64,000 bases of DNA from the NCBI GenBank assembly GCA_965224245.1, contig OZ245046.1, positions 5,280,001-5,344,000 on the forward strand, given 5' to 3'. Position 1 is the stretch's first letter; each line of letters begins with the position of its first letter. The notes under the pieces were generated by a model, which was not told the origin of the DNA, searched no databases, and was given only the letters and a program-made list of their open reading frames with translations. A program made the translations under genes and the position numbers. Positions 37,800 to 47,617 of this stretch are shown piece by piece. Source of the DNA: Candidatus Eiseniibacteriota bacterium. Its GTDB lineage: Bacteria; Eisenbacteria; RBG-16-71-46; CAZAMP01.

Positions 37800-40700
37800 T
37801 CAGCCGGCGGGAGACGCCTCGAAGTACACCGTGGCCAGGGGTGGCAGATCGAACCGGAGCGCGTTCGGGTGCCCGTGCACCGGCGTCTCGGTGCTCTCCA
37901 CGCCGTCCAGCACGCCGACGCCGCTGCCTCCGTAGCGTTCGGCGTCGCTGTTCAGGAGCTGGCGCCAGCGTCCCGCCCGGGGTACGCCCAGCGAGAAGTC
38001 CCGGCGCACCACCGGCGTGAAGTTCGAGACCACGAGCACGATGCCGTCACCGCCGGCGTCCCTGCGCAGGAACGAGTACGCGCTCCGATCCCGATCGTGG
38101 CAGTCGATCCACTCGAACCCCGTCCCCGGCGAGCAGTCCGACGTGTGAAGGGCGGGCACGGTGCGATAGATCGCGTTCAGATCGCGGAGCCAGCGCGAGA
38201 GTCCCGCGTGGGCCGGCATGTCGGAGACGACCCAGTCGAGCTCGGACTCGTGGTTCCACTCCTGCCACTGCCCGAACTCCGCGCCCATGAACAAGAGCTT
38301 CTTTCCGGTCTGGCCGTACATGTAACCGTAGAGCGCGCGCAGGGTCGCGAACTGCTTCCACCAGTCGCCGGGCATCTTCGAGAGCAGCGACCGCTTTCCG
38401 TGCACGACCTCGTCGTGCGACAGCGCCAGAAGAAAACGCTCGGAACCGGCATAGATGCCCCGGAACGTGAGCTTGTCGTGGTTGCCGCCCCTGAACAGCG
38501 GATCGAGCGCCACGTACTCGAGGGTGTCGTTCATCCACCCCATGTCCCACTTGTAGTCGAAGCCGAGCCCCCCTTCGTGAACCGGCGCGCTGATCCTGGG
38601 CCACGAGGTGGACTCCTCGGCGATGCGAAGCGCGCCCGGATGGCTCGACCCGATCGCGTCGTTCAGCTGCTTCAGGAACTCGATCGCCTCCAGATTCTCG
38701 CGGCCCCCGTGGCGGTTGGCGACCCACTCGCCCTCGTTGCGGGAGTAGTCGAGGTACAGCATCGACGCCACCGCATCCACGCGGATCCCGTCGACGTGAT
38801 AGCGCTCGAGCCAAAGGGTCGCGCTCGAGATCAGGAACGCCCGAACCTCGGGACGCCCGTAGTTGAAGATGTGGGTCTTCCAGTCCGGGTGGAAGCCCTG
38901 GCGGGGATCGGCGTGCTCGAACAGGTGGGTCCCGTCGAAGTAGCCCAGTCCGTGTCCGTCCGTGGGGAAGTGCGAGGGCACCCAGTCCAGGATGACGCCG
39001 ATGCCGTGGCGGTGCAGCTCGTCCACGAGGAACATGAAGTCCTCGGGAGACCCGAACCGGCTCGTGGGAGCGAAGTACCCGGTGGTCTGATATCCCCAGG
39101 ATCCGTCGAAGGGATGCTCGGTGATCGGCATCAGCTCGACGTGGGTGAAGCCGAGGCGCGAGAGATAGCGCGGCAGCGCGTCGGCCAGCTCGCGGTACGT
39201 GAAGGGGCGCCCCTCGGCGTGCCGACGCCAGGAACCGAGGTGCATCTCGTAGATCGCGATCGGCGCGTCCGGTGACTGGCGCTCGGCGCGCGACGCCATC
39301 CATTCGGCGTCACCCCACTCGTACGCGACCTCGTGCACGACGGATGCCGTCCGGGGCGGGATCTCCGCGCGGCTCGCGAACGGATCGGCCTTCGTGCCCT
39401 CGTGACCGCCGACCCGGGAGATGATCCGGTACTTGTAGACCGCGCCCTCGGCCGCCTCGCGAACGAAGCCCGCCCAGACGCCCGAGGCTCCCACCGGCTT
39501 CAGCGGGTGGGCGGTGGGACTCCAGCCGTTGAAGGACCCGATCACGTGTACCGAGCGCGCCGCGGGCGCCCAGACCGCGAAGTGCACACCCTTCTCGTCG
39601 CCGTCGGTGACGACGTGCGCACCGAGCTTCTCGAACAGACGGAAGTGTCGACCCTCGTTGAAGAGGTACACGTCATCGGGCGTCATCGCGACCTCGGCCC
39701 GCGAGCGGACCGTGACGCTCGCGCGCTCGGCCCGGGCACGCCCGGCGCCGGCGTGCTCGGCGCGGATGCCGCCGGCCCGCGCATCACGGATCGCCGCCAT
39801 GCAGCGCGCCGCACCCGGGTGCTGGGCGATCTCCTCCAGCGAGAGCGCCGCCACGTGACGCCAGTTGGGGTGGGCGTCGGTGGTGCCCGGGACGTTCTGC
39901 GCGCGCGTCTCGAGCCAGAGGTCCTCGAGCGACACCATCGTGATCTCGGCGGGTCGGCGTGCGATCTCGCGGAGCGTGCCCACGAGGAGATCCTCCGGCG
40001 TCGGCTCTCCTCCGACGTGGCCACGGAGCCGCAGCACGCGCTCGAGATCGCCGAGGGCCTGAACGCGCCTGGCGCGAGCCTCGGGCTCCTTCTCCGCGGG
40101 GAGCAGGCCCACCTCGACCCACGTCGTGATGTCACCGCCCTCGAGGAAGCGCGCGAACGGAGACATGTCGTGCGTGTTCAGGCTCGTGACGGATTTCGGT
40201 GGACGATCCTCGAAGGCCGATACGGCATCCCGCTCCAGCTCGCCCTGCACGACGTGCATGCGCAGGATGTGATGCCGGGCGAGACGTTCGCGAACGCCGC
40301 CGGCCACGGTGCCGAGATCCTCACCGATCAGGATCGTGTCGTGCCGGACCGACTCGATGCAGAGAATCGCGTAGAGCTCGTCGAACGGCATGCGCACGTA
40401 GCCGCCGGACTCTCCCGGCATCCCCGACGGGATCCAGTACTGGCGATGCAGTCCCAGCGCGTGATCGATCCTGAGCGCGCCGGCACGCCGGCAGTGGTGT
40501 CGGATGAACGCGATCACGTGCTCGTGACCGTGGTGCCGCGACACGTCCGGTCGGATCGGGGGCAGGCCCCAGTCCTGCCCCGACGGGGCCAGCGGATCGG
40601 GCGGCGCCCCGACCGCAGTGTTCATCGCGAAGAGGTCGCCCTCTCGCCACGTGTCGAAGCTGTCGGCGTGCACGCCGATCGGGAGGTCCAGGTACAGCCC

Positions 40701-41879
40701 GGGGCCGTGCGCGGAGAGCCGATCGGCGCACGCGGCGAGCTGCTCGTCCGCGATCCACTGCACGTACTGGTGGAGACGGAACGCATCCTCGTCGTAGCCA
40801 TCCGGTGTGAGCGCGCCGAACCGGGCCTCGTGGGACCACGCCGACCAGCCGCACTTCTCGCGTTCGCCGGCCGCACGAAACGCGGCATAGTCGTCGAGCA
40901 TCGGACGGGACGCGCGAAACGCCTCGAACTCCGCGCGGCGCGGCGAGTCGCCCGAGAAGAAGCCCTTGCTGAGGCGCTTCAGTACGGTTCGCATCAGCGT
41001 CATCTGGGTGCGTGGATCGGTCCGGTCGCCGCTCCGCAGCCTGTCGAACGCATGCCGGATGCGTTTGCCTTCGAGGATGCGCTGGGCGGCGCGGTTCGTC
41101 GCGAGCTCGGGGATCCGTTCCAGGTCGACGTGGAGCTCGTTCCAGAACAGCCGGCTCACGGGCGCGTAGGGACTGATCTCGTACGGCTCGTCCAGGAACG
41201 CGGGCAACAGCGGAAGCGTTCCGACCAATCCGGCGCCGTAGCCGGCCGCCCAGTCCCCGAGGGCCGCGAGGTCGCCGAAGCAGCCGGTGCCGTGGGAGCG
41301 CTCGGAGTGGAGCGCGTACAGGGGAACGAACACGCCCCACGCGCCGAACGCGCCGTCGCCGGAGCCGTGCGCGGGGCGGTACGCATGCTCTGGCGCGGAG
41401 AAGACGCGACAGACCACCGGCTCGCCGCCGAGCTCCAGGCGGAGCTCGTGATATCCGATCGGCAGGCCTCCCGGGAGGGTGAGCCGGAGGCGCACGTACG
41501 GTACGCCGCCGACCTCGTAGGCCCGGACCTTCGGCAACGTGACGAGATCGACGTCCAGCGGGCGTTCCTCGCCCGACTCCAGCTCCAGCATCCCGACCAC
41601 GCGACCGGTCGCCATCCGGGCCGGCATGCGCAGGGAGACCGACACCGGACCGCCGTTCCACGCGACCGCGATCGGGTCGAGCGTCTCGGTGGCCAGCCGG
41701 CGCACGCGCTCGTCGAGCGCGCGTTCGACGCCCTCGCTCGGGGGAGAGCCCCGGAGTGCTCCGATCAGCGCCTCCAGCGTGTCCGGCGCAGCCGAGACGG
41801 TCTTGCCGAGCACGTCGGTGTACTCGGTGAGAATGCCGTGCAGCCGAGCCAGTCGGCGCAACGCGTGGCTGACCGCCAC
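37800..41879 (-). CDS. malQ-glgB: Fused 4-alpha-glucanotransferase (GH77, MalQ) - 1,4-alpha-glucan branching enzyme (CBM48+GH13_9, GlgB)
   Basis: MalQ: WGVFVPLY, SPYAPVSRLF, YLDLPIG, GAPPD..GQDWG, LRIDH, IGEDLG, THD. GlgB: FAVWAP, IYEMHLGSW, SWGYQ, DWVPSHF, DGIRVDAV, IAEES, LSHDEVVHGK. Confidence 0.95.
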   Translation of the reverse strand: MAVSHALRRLARLHGILTEYTDVLGKTVSAAPDTLEALIGALRGSPPSEGVERALDERVRRLATETLDPIAVAWNGGPVSVSLRMPARMATGRVVGMLELESGEERPLDVDLVTLPKVRAYEVGGVPYVRLRLTLPGGLPIGYHELRLELGGEPVVCRVFSAPEHAYRPAHGSGDGAFGAWGVFVPLYALHSERSHGTGCFGDLAALGDWAAGYGAGLVGTLPLLPAFLDEPYEISPYAPVSRLFWNELHVDLERIPELATNRAAQRILEGKRIRHAFDRLRSGDRTDPRTQMTLMRTVLKRLSKGFFSGDSPRRAEFEAFRASRPMLDDYAAFRAAGEREKCGWSAWSHEARFGALTPDGYDEDAFRLHQYVQWIADEQLAACADRLSAHGPGLYLDLPIGVHADSFDTWREGDLFAMNTAVGAPPDPLAPSGQDWGLPPIRPDVSRHHGHEHVIAFIRHHCRRAGALRIDHALGLHRQYWIPSGMPGESGGYVRMPFDELYAILCIESVRHDTILIGEDLGTVAGGVRERLARHHILRMHVVQGELERDAVSAFEDRPPKSVTSLNTHDMSPFARFLEGGDITTWVEVGLLPAEKEPEARARRVQALGDLERVLRLRGHVGGEPTPEDLLVGTLREIARRPAEITMVSLEDLWLETRAQNVPGTTDAHPNWRHVAALSLEEIAQHPGAARCMAAIRDARAGGIRAEHAGAGRARAERASVTVRSRAEVAMTPDDVYLFNEGRHFRLFEKLGAHVVTDGDEKGVHFAVWAPAARSVHVIGSFNGWSPTAHPLKPVGASGVWAGFVREAAEGAVYKYRIISRVGGHEGTKADPFASRAEIPPRTASVVHEVAYEWGDAEWMASRAERQSPDAPIAIYEMHLGSWRRHAEGRPFTYRELADALPRYLSRLGFTHVELMPITEHPFDGSWGYQTTGYFAPTSRFGSPEDFMFLVDELHRHGIGVILDWVPSHFPTDGHGLGYFDGTHLFEHADPRQGFHPDWKTHIFNYGRPEVRAFLISSATLWLERYHVDGIRVDAVASMLYLDYSRNEGEWVANRHGGRENLEAIEFLKQLNDAIGSSHPGALRIAEESTSWPRISAPVHEGGLGFDYKWDMGWMNDTLEYVALDPLFRGGNHDKLTFRGIYAGSERFLLALSHDEVVHGKRSLLSKMPGDWWKQFATLRALYGYMYGQTGKKLLFMGAEFGQWQEWNHESELDWVVSDMPAHAGLSRWLRDLNAIYRTVPALHTSDCSPGTGFEWIDCHDRDRSAYSFLRRDAGGDGIVLVVSNFTPVVRRDFSLGVPRAGRWRQLLNSDAERYGGSGVGVLDGVESTETPVHGHPNALRFDLPPLATVYFEASPAG

Positions 41880-41995
41880 GGGACCCCCTCAGTTGAGCGC
41901 GAATCGGAAACGCGTACCATACGCGGACCGGCGTCGCCCTCGCAACGACGGTGCTCGTCGAGGGTTTCACGCGCCGGGGCCCGGGGGCGGGAACG

Positions 41996-44470
41996 CTACC
42001 GACCGGCCACGACGATCCGATCCGACACGACGTTCGCGCCGCTCGCCGCGCGCACCCAGTACACGCCCGGTACGACGGGCTCGCCCCGGGTCGTCAGGTC
42101 CCATGTGAACGTGTGAGACCCCGCGGGTCGGCGGCCGTCGGCGAGAAGCGCCACCTCGCGACCCGTGGCGTCGTGCAGGGACATCCGCAGCGGTCCCGCC
42201 GCCTCGAGCTCGATCGCGACCGCCACGAGCCGGGACGCCGGTCGGGGACGCACCGACGCGATCCGGACGGGCCCGCCGCCGAGGTCCGGCGTGGCCGTGT
42301 CCGGCGCGTGCAGCGAGGCGGGCTCTCCCAGGACGACGATGCCGTGCGAGGGCAGCCCGATCGACACCGACTGCGAGAACCCGTCCACCGGGATCGCGTC
42401 GCTCGCGAACGTGCCGGGGTTCTCCGGACCGTCGCCGCCATACGTCGCCGCCTCGCTGTTGAGACGTTCGGCCCAGTCGCCCGGTGACGGAACGCCGACG
42501 CGATAGCTCGCGAAGTCGGTGTTGGAGACGTTCACGACGACCACGAACGCACCCTCGCCGTCGAAGCGCCGGAACGCGAGCACGTTGCCCGACTCGTTCA
42601 GGTGGAACACCTGCCAGGCGGCGCTGGCCCGGAAGGCGCTCTCGGAACGGCGAAGCGCGATCGCGTCCTGGAAGAACCGGAACACGTCGGCATAGGTGGT
42701 CTTCTTCGACCAGTCGATGCGATTGCCGGTGTCGGTGCCGAAGTCCGTGTCCTCCAGCCACTCGGCGCCCTGCAGCATCGCGGGCACCCCGGGCGCGAAC
42801 AGCACGAGCCCCTGTGCGAGCTTGGTGCGTCCCTTCGCGTACTCGTCGTCGTGCGGGAACGTCGGATCGATCGCCTTCACGATCCGTCCGCCACCGCTCG
42901 TCGGCCAGGCCTCGTCGTGCAGCTCGAGGTACGTGGTGACCGAGCTGCCGTCCAGGTACGTGCCACCGCCGTTGATGATGTCGCGGATCTTCCACATCTC
43001 GGGATCACCGAAGGCCGCGTCGAGGAGCTCCTCTCGCAGCCGATCGGTGAACGCGTCGAAGTACTGGCTGTCGAAGCCGGCGCCTCCGAGCGACGTGGGA
43101 CGCGTGATCCACGGGTCGTCGGGAAGCTGCTCGGCGATGACGATCTTGTCGATCCAGCGGTTGTCGACCTCGTCGTTCAGCCGCTGCATCAGCGACCACC
43201 CCGCCGCCTCCTGCGGGGGGATGGTCATGTAGGCGGTCGCGTCCATCCGGAAGCCGTCGACGCGATACTCGTCCAGCCACAGGTGGGCGCTGTGGGCGTA
43301 GTAGTCGCGGACCTCGTCGGCGTCGAAGTCGGCCTGCGCGCCCCACGGCGTGTCCACCTGCGGCGTGTCGAAGTAGATCTGAGAGCCGTCGTAGAACCAC
43401 AGATAGTTGTCGTCGAACGAGAAGTGGTTCCAGACCACGTCCAGGAGCACGGCGATGCCCTCGGCGTGGAGCGCGTCCACCATCGCCTTGAAGTCGTCGG
43501 GCGAGCCGTACTTCCACTCGGGTGCCCAGGCCGTGATCGGGTTGTAGCCGGCCGACAGGTCCCCGGGGAACTCCGTGATCGGGTTCAGCATCACCGCGGT
43601 CACGCCGAGCTCTCCCAGGTGCCCGGCGCGCGCGGCCACGTCGACGTAGCGAGACGGAAACGGCGTGGCGCCCATCGGGTCGTTGCGACCGGCGAACGTG
43701 CCCACGTGCAGCTGGTAGATGATGAGGTCGTCCAGCGCCGGCGTGACGAAGTCGTTCGTGACCCAGGCGTATCCGAAGGGATCGACGATGATCGAGTTGA
43801 GGTTGTCCGATGGATCCAGCGCGCGGGCCCGCGCATCGCTGTTCCAGACCGATCCGTTGAAGAAGTACTTGTACGCGTGTCCCGCCACCGCCGCGGCCAC
43901 GCGGCCGATGAAGTGCTCACCCACCTTGGGCAGGAGATCCGCAGTGGACCAGCCGTTGAACTCGCCCCGCACGTGGACGCTGGTGCGGGTGGGCGCCCAG
44001 ACCCGGAACACGGTGCCGCCCTCCGGCAGCGGCGTGGCGCCGACCGGCGCGTGCGAGAGCGTCGAGAAGTCCAGCACGAACCCGCCGTCCACCGGAGGGG
44101 CGTCGGACATGCCGGTCACGCTGTAGTAGTCGACGTCGGTGCCGTCGATGACCTCGAAGTAGTACGACAGGGACGACGCCGCGGTCGCCGGGATCGTGGC
44201 CGACCAGATCGCATACGCCCCGCGCGCCTCCAGGTACGACGCCGGAATGCTCGCGACCGACCCGTCGTCCACGATGACGTTCACCGCGGAAAGATCGAAG
44301 TGATACGCGGCGAGGCGCACGTCGAACGCCTGCCCGTCGACGGGGCAGATCGGGCGGCGATCCTGCCATCCGACGTGCGAGATGCCGTTCCACTGGACGT
44401 CGTCGTCGGCGGAGACGGTCGTGGCGAGGGTGGCGATCAGGGCTGCCGTGACCGGGATGGTGGATCGCAT
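41996..44470 (-). CDS. Secreted GH13 alpha-amylase-family enzyme (CBM48 + GH13) with C-terminal FlgD/T9SS-like Ig domain
   Basis: Signal peptide; VFRVWAP..GEFNGW; IYQLHVGTF, DVVWNH, DGFRMDA, IAE, ELHDE; CTD LHDATGREV..TWD..PGVYWVR. Confidence 0.9.
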   Translation of the reverse strand: MRSTIPVTAALIATLATTVSADDDVQWNGISHVGWQDRRPICPVDGQAFDVRLAAYHFDLSAVNVIVDDGSVASIPASYLEARGAYAIWSATIPATAASSLSYYFEVIDGTDVDYYSVTGMSDAPPVDGGFVLDFSTLSHAPVGATPLPEGGTVFRVWAPTRTSVHVRGEFNGWSTADLLPKVGEHFIGRVAAAVAGHAYKYFFNGSVWNSDARARALDPSDNLNSIIVDPFGYAWVTNDFVTPALDDLIIYQLHVGTFAGRNDPMGATPFPSRYVDVAARAGHLGELGVTAVMLNPITEFPGDLSAGYNPITAWAPEWKYGSPDDFKAMVDALHAEGIAVLLDVVWNHFSFDDNYLWFYDGSQIYFDTPQVDTPWGAQADFDADEVRDYYAHSAHLWLDEYRVDGFRMDATAYMTIPPQEAAGWSLMQRLNDEVDNRWIDKIVIAEQLPDDPWITRPTSLGGAGFDSQYFDAFTDRLREELLDAAFGDPEMWKIRDIINGGGTYLDGSSVTTYLELHDEAWPTSGGGRIVKAIDPTFPHDDEYAKGRTKLAQGLVLFAPGVPAMLQGAEWLEDTDFGTDTGNRIDWSKKTTYADVFRFFQDAIALRRSESAFRASAAWQVFHLNESGNVLAFRRFDGEGAFVVVVNVSNTDFASYRVGVPSPGDWAERLNSEAATYGGDGPENPGTFASDAIPVDGFSQSVSIGLPSHGIVVLGEPASLHAPDTATPDLGGGPVRIASVRPRPASRLVAVAIELEAAGPLRMSLHDATGREVALLADGRRPAGSHTFTWDLTTRGEPVVPGVYWVRAASGANVVSDRIVVAGR

Positions 44471-44690
44471 GTCGGGTCGTCCCGTGGTCGAGGGTCGGAG
44501 TCGTCGGACGAGGGGCGCTCGCGGACGAGCTTATCACGCTCCTCGTGACCGGCGGACGCCGCCGCATCGCGTCGTGGCGCAGAGCCGTGAGTGTTGCCTC
44601 CAGGTTTCGCACCCGGACGCCGATGCTGAACATGGGGCTCGGTTGCTCACGTCGAGCGTCCGGCCGGGACTCGATGGGGAGGGCAGTGAC

Positions 44691-45884
44691 ATCGCTAACG
44701 TGCTCTTTTGCTGGGAGTTAGGTGGCGGCTGGGGCCACATCGGCCGCGTGTCCCCCCTGGCGTGCTGGCTGGCCGAGGCCGGCCACTCGGTGGACTTCGT
44801 GAGTCGCGACGTCGTCCGTGCCACCGCGGTCGGGATGCCGGGGCGCGTGCTGCCCGCGCCGAGGGTGTCCACGCCGCGTGAGCGCCAGATCCCCAGTCCG
44901 ATGAACTACGCCGAGGTGCTCTCGAACCTCGGATGGGACAGCGAGGCGTCACTGTCGGGGCTCGTTCGTGCCTGGCGCGATCTGATCCTCGTGTGCGGCG
45001 CCGACCTCGTGGTCGTGGACCACGCACCGGGAGCCGCGCTGGCGGCCCGCACGCTGCGATGCCCGTTCCTGTCGGTGAGCGCCGGTTTTGCGGTGCCGCC
45101 GAACGTCGCCCAGCTGCCGCTCCTGCGCGACGGCGTGCCCGAGCCGCGCGTCGCGGCCGCCCACGCGGCCGAGCGCGGGCTCCTGGAGCGGATCAACCGC
45201 ATCGGCGAGACGCACGGGCTCGCACCGCTCACGTCGGTGGGCGCGCTGTTCCAGGACGCGGAGTCCGTGCTGCTGACGACGTTCGCCGAGCTCGACCACT
45301 ACCCCGATCGCCCCGGGTCTCTCGAGTACGTCGGCAGCTGGACCACCGGGTCGGGCATGCAGCCGACCTGGCCGGCCGGGGACGGCCCGAAGGTGTTCGC
45401 CTACCTGAGCGGGCTCCCGGTGAGCCGGTACGTGCTGAAGCGGCTCGGACGGCGGGACATTCCCACGGTCGCGTACGTCGACGACGAGCCGGTCACCGGC
45501 GGTGGCAGCGTGACCGTCCTCCCCGTGCCCGCCGACCTGGCGATGGCCGCGCGGGAGTGCGACGTGGCGATCACGAACGCGGGGCACGGCGTGGCCACCG
45601 CGATGCTGCGGGCGGGCAAGCCACTGGTGATGATCCCACGGGTTCTCGAGCAGCAGCTCCTCGCGCGACGGATCCGGGCGCTCGGCGCCGGTGAGACGGT
45701 ACCGCTCGAACAGCCGCGGACGTTCGAGGACGTGTTCGCCACGGTCGTCGGGGACGACGTGTACCGGCGCGCCGCGGAGGCGTTCTCCGAGCGCTACGCC
45801 GACTGGATCGACGAGGATCGGGCCGTGCACGTGGCCGATGCCATCGGAGCGGTGGCTCGCCGGGTCGCCGGCGGAGTGGCCTGA
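44691..45884 (+). CDS. GT-B glycosyltransferase (GT1/GT28-like)
   Basis: ANVLFCWELGGGWGHIGR, ADLVVVDHAP, CDVAITNAGHG..GKPLVMIP..EQ. Start uncertain: ATC 44691 or GTG 44700. Confidence 0.8.
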   Translation: MANVLFCWELGGGWGHIGRVSPLACWLAEAGHSVDFVSRDVVRATAVGMPGRVLPAPRVSTPRERQIPSPMNYAEVLSNLGWDSEASLSGLVRAWRDLILVCGADLVVVDHAPGAALAARTLRCPFLSVSAGFAVPPNVAQLPLLRDGVPEPRVAAAHAAERGLLERINRIGETHGLAPLTSVGALFQDAESVLLTTFAELDHYPDRPGSLEYVGSWTTGSGMQPTWPAGDGPKVFAYLSGLPVSRYVLKRLGRRDIPTVAYVDDEPVTGGGSVTVLPVPADLAMAARECDVAITNAGHGVATAMLRAGKPLVMIPRVLEQQLLARRIRALGAGETVPLEQPRTFEDVFATVVGDDVYRRAAEAFSERYADWIDEDRAVHVADAIGAVARRVAGGVA

Positions 45885-45911
45885 CGCCGGCCGTCGCCGT
45901 CTCGGGCGGGG

Positions 45912-46739
45912 TCAGCCCTTGACGCCGCCGAGCGTGAGCCCAGAGACCAGGAAACGATTCAGCACCAGGAACAGCACGACCACGGGGACGCTCACGAGCA
46001 GGCTCGCCGCCGCATAGTTCGCCCACTCGGTCTGGAAGCTCCCGGCCAGGTTGGCCAGCCCCAGGGGCAGCGTGTAGAGCGCCTGCTTGTTCAGGATCAC
46101 GCGCGCCACGATGTACTCCGACCATCCCGACATGAACGAGAAGAGCCCGGTGATCACCAGCGCCGGGCGCGCCAGCGGCAGGACCACACGCACGAACGCA
46201 CCGATCTGGCTCGTGCCGTCCACGCGAGCCGCCTCCTCCAGCTCGACCGGGATCGTGTCGTAGTAGCCCTTCATCGTCCACACGCAGAACGGCAGCGCGG
46301 TGGCGGTGTACGCGACGACGATGCCGAGCATCGTGTCCACGAGCCCGAGGCGGCTCATCAGCACGTACAGCGGCAGCAGGAGCATCGTCGCCGGGAACAT
46401 CTGGGTGACCAGGAGCCCCACCATGCCCGCGCCGTGACCCCGGAACCGGAACCGCGAGAACGCGTAGCCGGCGGTCGACGCCAGGGTCACCCCGAGGAGG
46501 GTGACCGACCCCGCGGCCACCGTCGAGTTCCGGAGCCAGAGGAAGAAGTCCTTCTCGAAGAGGACCTTCCGGTAGGCGACCAGGGTCGCGTCCTCGGGGA
46601 TCAGCCGGAGCGACGTCGAGTAGAGCGCGTCTCCGGGTCGGAGCGAGATGCCGAGCACCACCAGGATCGGGTAGATGATCGCGAACGTGAGCGCGGCGAG
46701 CACGACGTGAAAGAGGAGTCGCCGGAGAACGTGCGTCAT
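45912..46739 (-). CDS. malG: Maltose/maltodextrin ABC transporter permease
   Basis: WLRNS, AGYAFSRFRF, QMFP, MKGYYDTIP.ELEEAARVDG (EAA loop), LVSGLTLGGVKG. Confidence 0.93.
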   Translation of the reverse strand: MTHVLRRLLFHVVLAALTFAIIYPILVVLGISLRPGDALYSTSLRLIPEDATLVAYRKVLFEKDFFLWLRNSTVAAGSVTLLGVTLASTAGYAFSRFRFRGHGAGMVGLLVTQMFPATMLLLPLYVLMSRLGLVDTMLGIVVAYTATALPFCVWTMKGYYDTIPVELEEAARVDGTSQIGAFVRVVLPLARPALVITGLFSFMSGWSEYIVARVILNKQALYTLPLGLANLAGSFQTEWANYAAASLLVSVPVVVLFLVLNRFLVSGLTLGGVKG

Positions 46740-47617
46740 GCGGCCGCTCCTTCCGTGGCCCGGTTCTGCCGGAGGAACCACAGGACGAACGCGAGCAGGA
46801 TCAGGAAGATCACCACCGAGAACGCGGCCGCGTACCCGTAGCGGTAGTACGTGAACGCCGCCTTGTACACGTACGTGACCAGAATGTGCGACTTGTCCGA
46901 CGGCTGTCCGCCGTTCGTGACCAGCCAGATCACGTTCAGGTTGTTGAACGTCCACACGGTGCCGAGCGAGATGGCGGGCACCATGACCGGTCTGAGGTTC
47001 GGGATCGTGATGTGCCGGAAGCGCTGCCACGCCGACGCGCCGTCGATCGACGACGCTTCGTACAGCTCCTTCGGGATCGACTGCAGACCGCCGAGGGCGA
47101 TCACCATCATGAACGGAAAGCCGAGCCAGACGTTCGTGAGCGTGGGGGCCACGAACGCCCAGAGCTCGTTCGACAGCCACGGCACCTTGTCGGCGTGAAG
47201 CCACTTCTCGAGGATCAGATTGAACGCGCCGTACTCGTAGTTGAACATCCCGCGCCAGGTCAGCGCGACGATGTACTGCGGCACCGCCCAGGGCAGGATC
47301 AACAGCGCGCGGTAGATGGGCTGTCCGGCGAACGGACGGTTCAGGAGCACCGCGAACGCGACGCCGATCACCACGTGACTCACGACGTTTGCCACCGTCC
47401 AGATGACGGTCTTCAGGAACGTCGTGTAGAGCGCGGGCTCCTCGAAGAGGCGCCGGTAGTTCTCGAACCCGACGATCTTCGGATCACGCACCGTGTACAG
47501 GTTCATGTTCGTGATCGACAGGTACAGGTTGTAGACGAACGGATAGAGCACCACGATCGCGATGATCGCGACCGTGGGCGCGAGGAGGAGATACGGCAGG
47601 CGGCGTTCTCGGGTCAT
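46736..47617 (-). CDS. malF: Maltose/maltodextrin ABC transporter permease
   Basis: VGFENY, LILPWAVP, NVWLGFPFMM, LQSIPKELYEASSIDGA, TFNNLNVI. Confidence 0.93.
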   Translation of the reverse strand: MTRERRLPYLLLAPTVAIIAIVVLYPFVYNLYLSITNMNLYTVRDPKIVGFENYRRLFEEPALYTTFLKTVIWTVANVVSHVVIGVAFAVLLNRPFAGQPIYRALLILPWAVPQYIVALTWRGMFNYEYGAFNLILEKWLHADKVPWLSNELWAFVAPTLTNVWLGFPFMMVIALGGLQSIPKELYEASSIDGASAWQRFRHITIPNLRPVMVPAISLGTVWTFNNLNVIWLVTNGGQPSDKSHILVTYVYKAAFTYYRYGYAAAFSVVIFLILLAFVLWFLRQNRATEGAAA

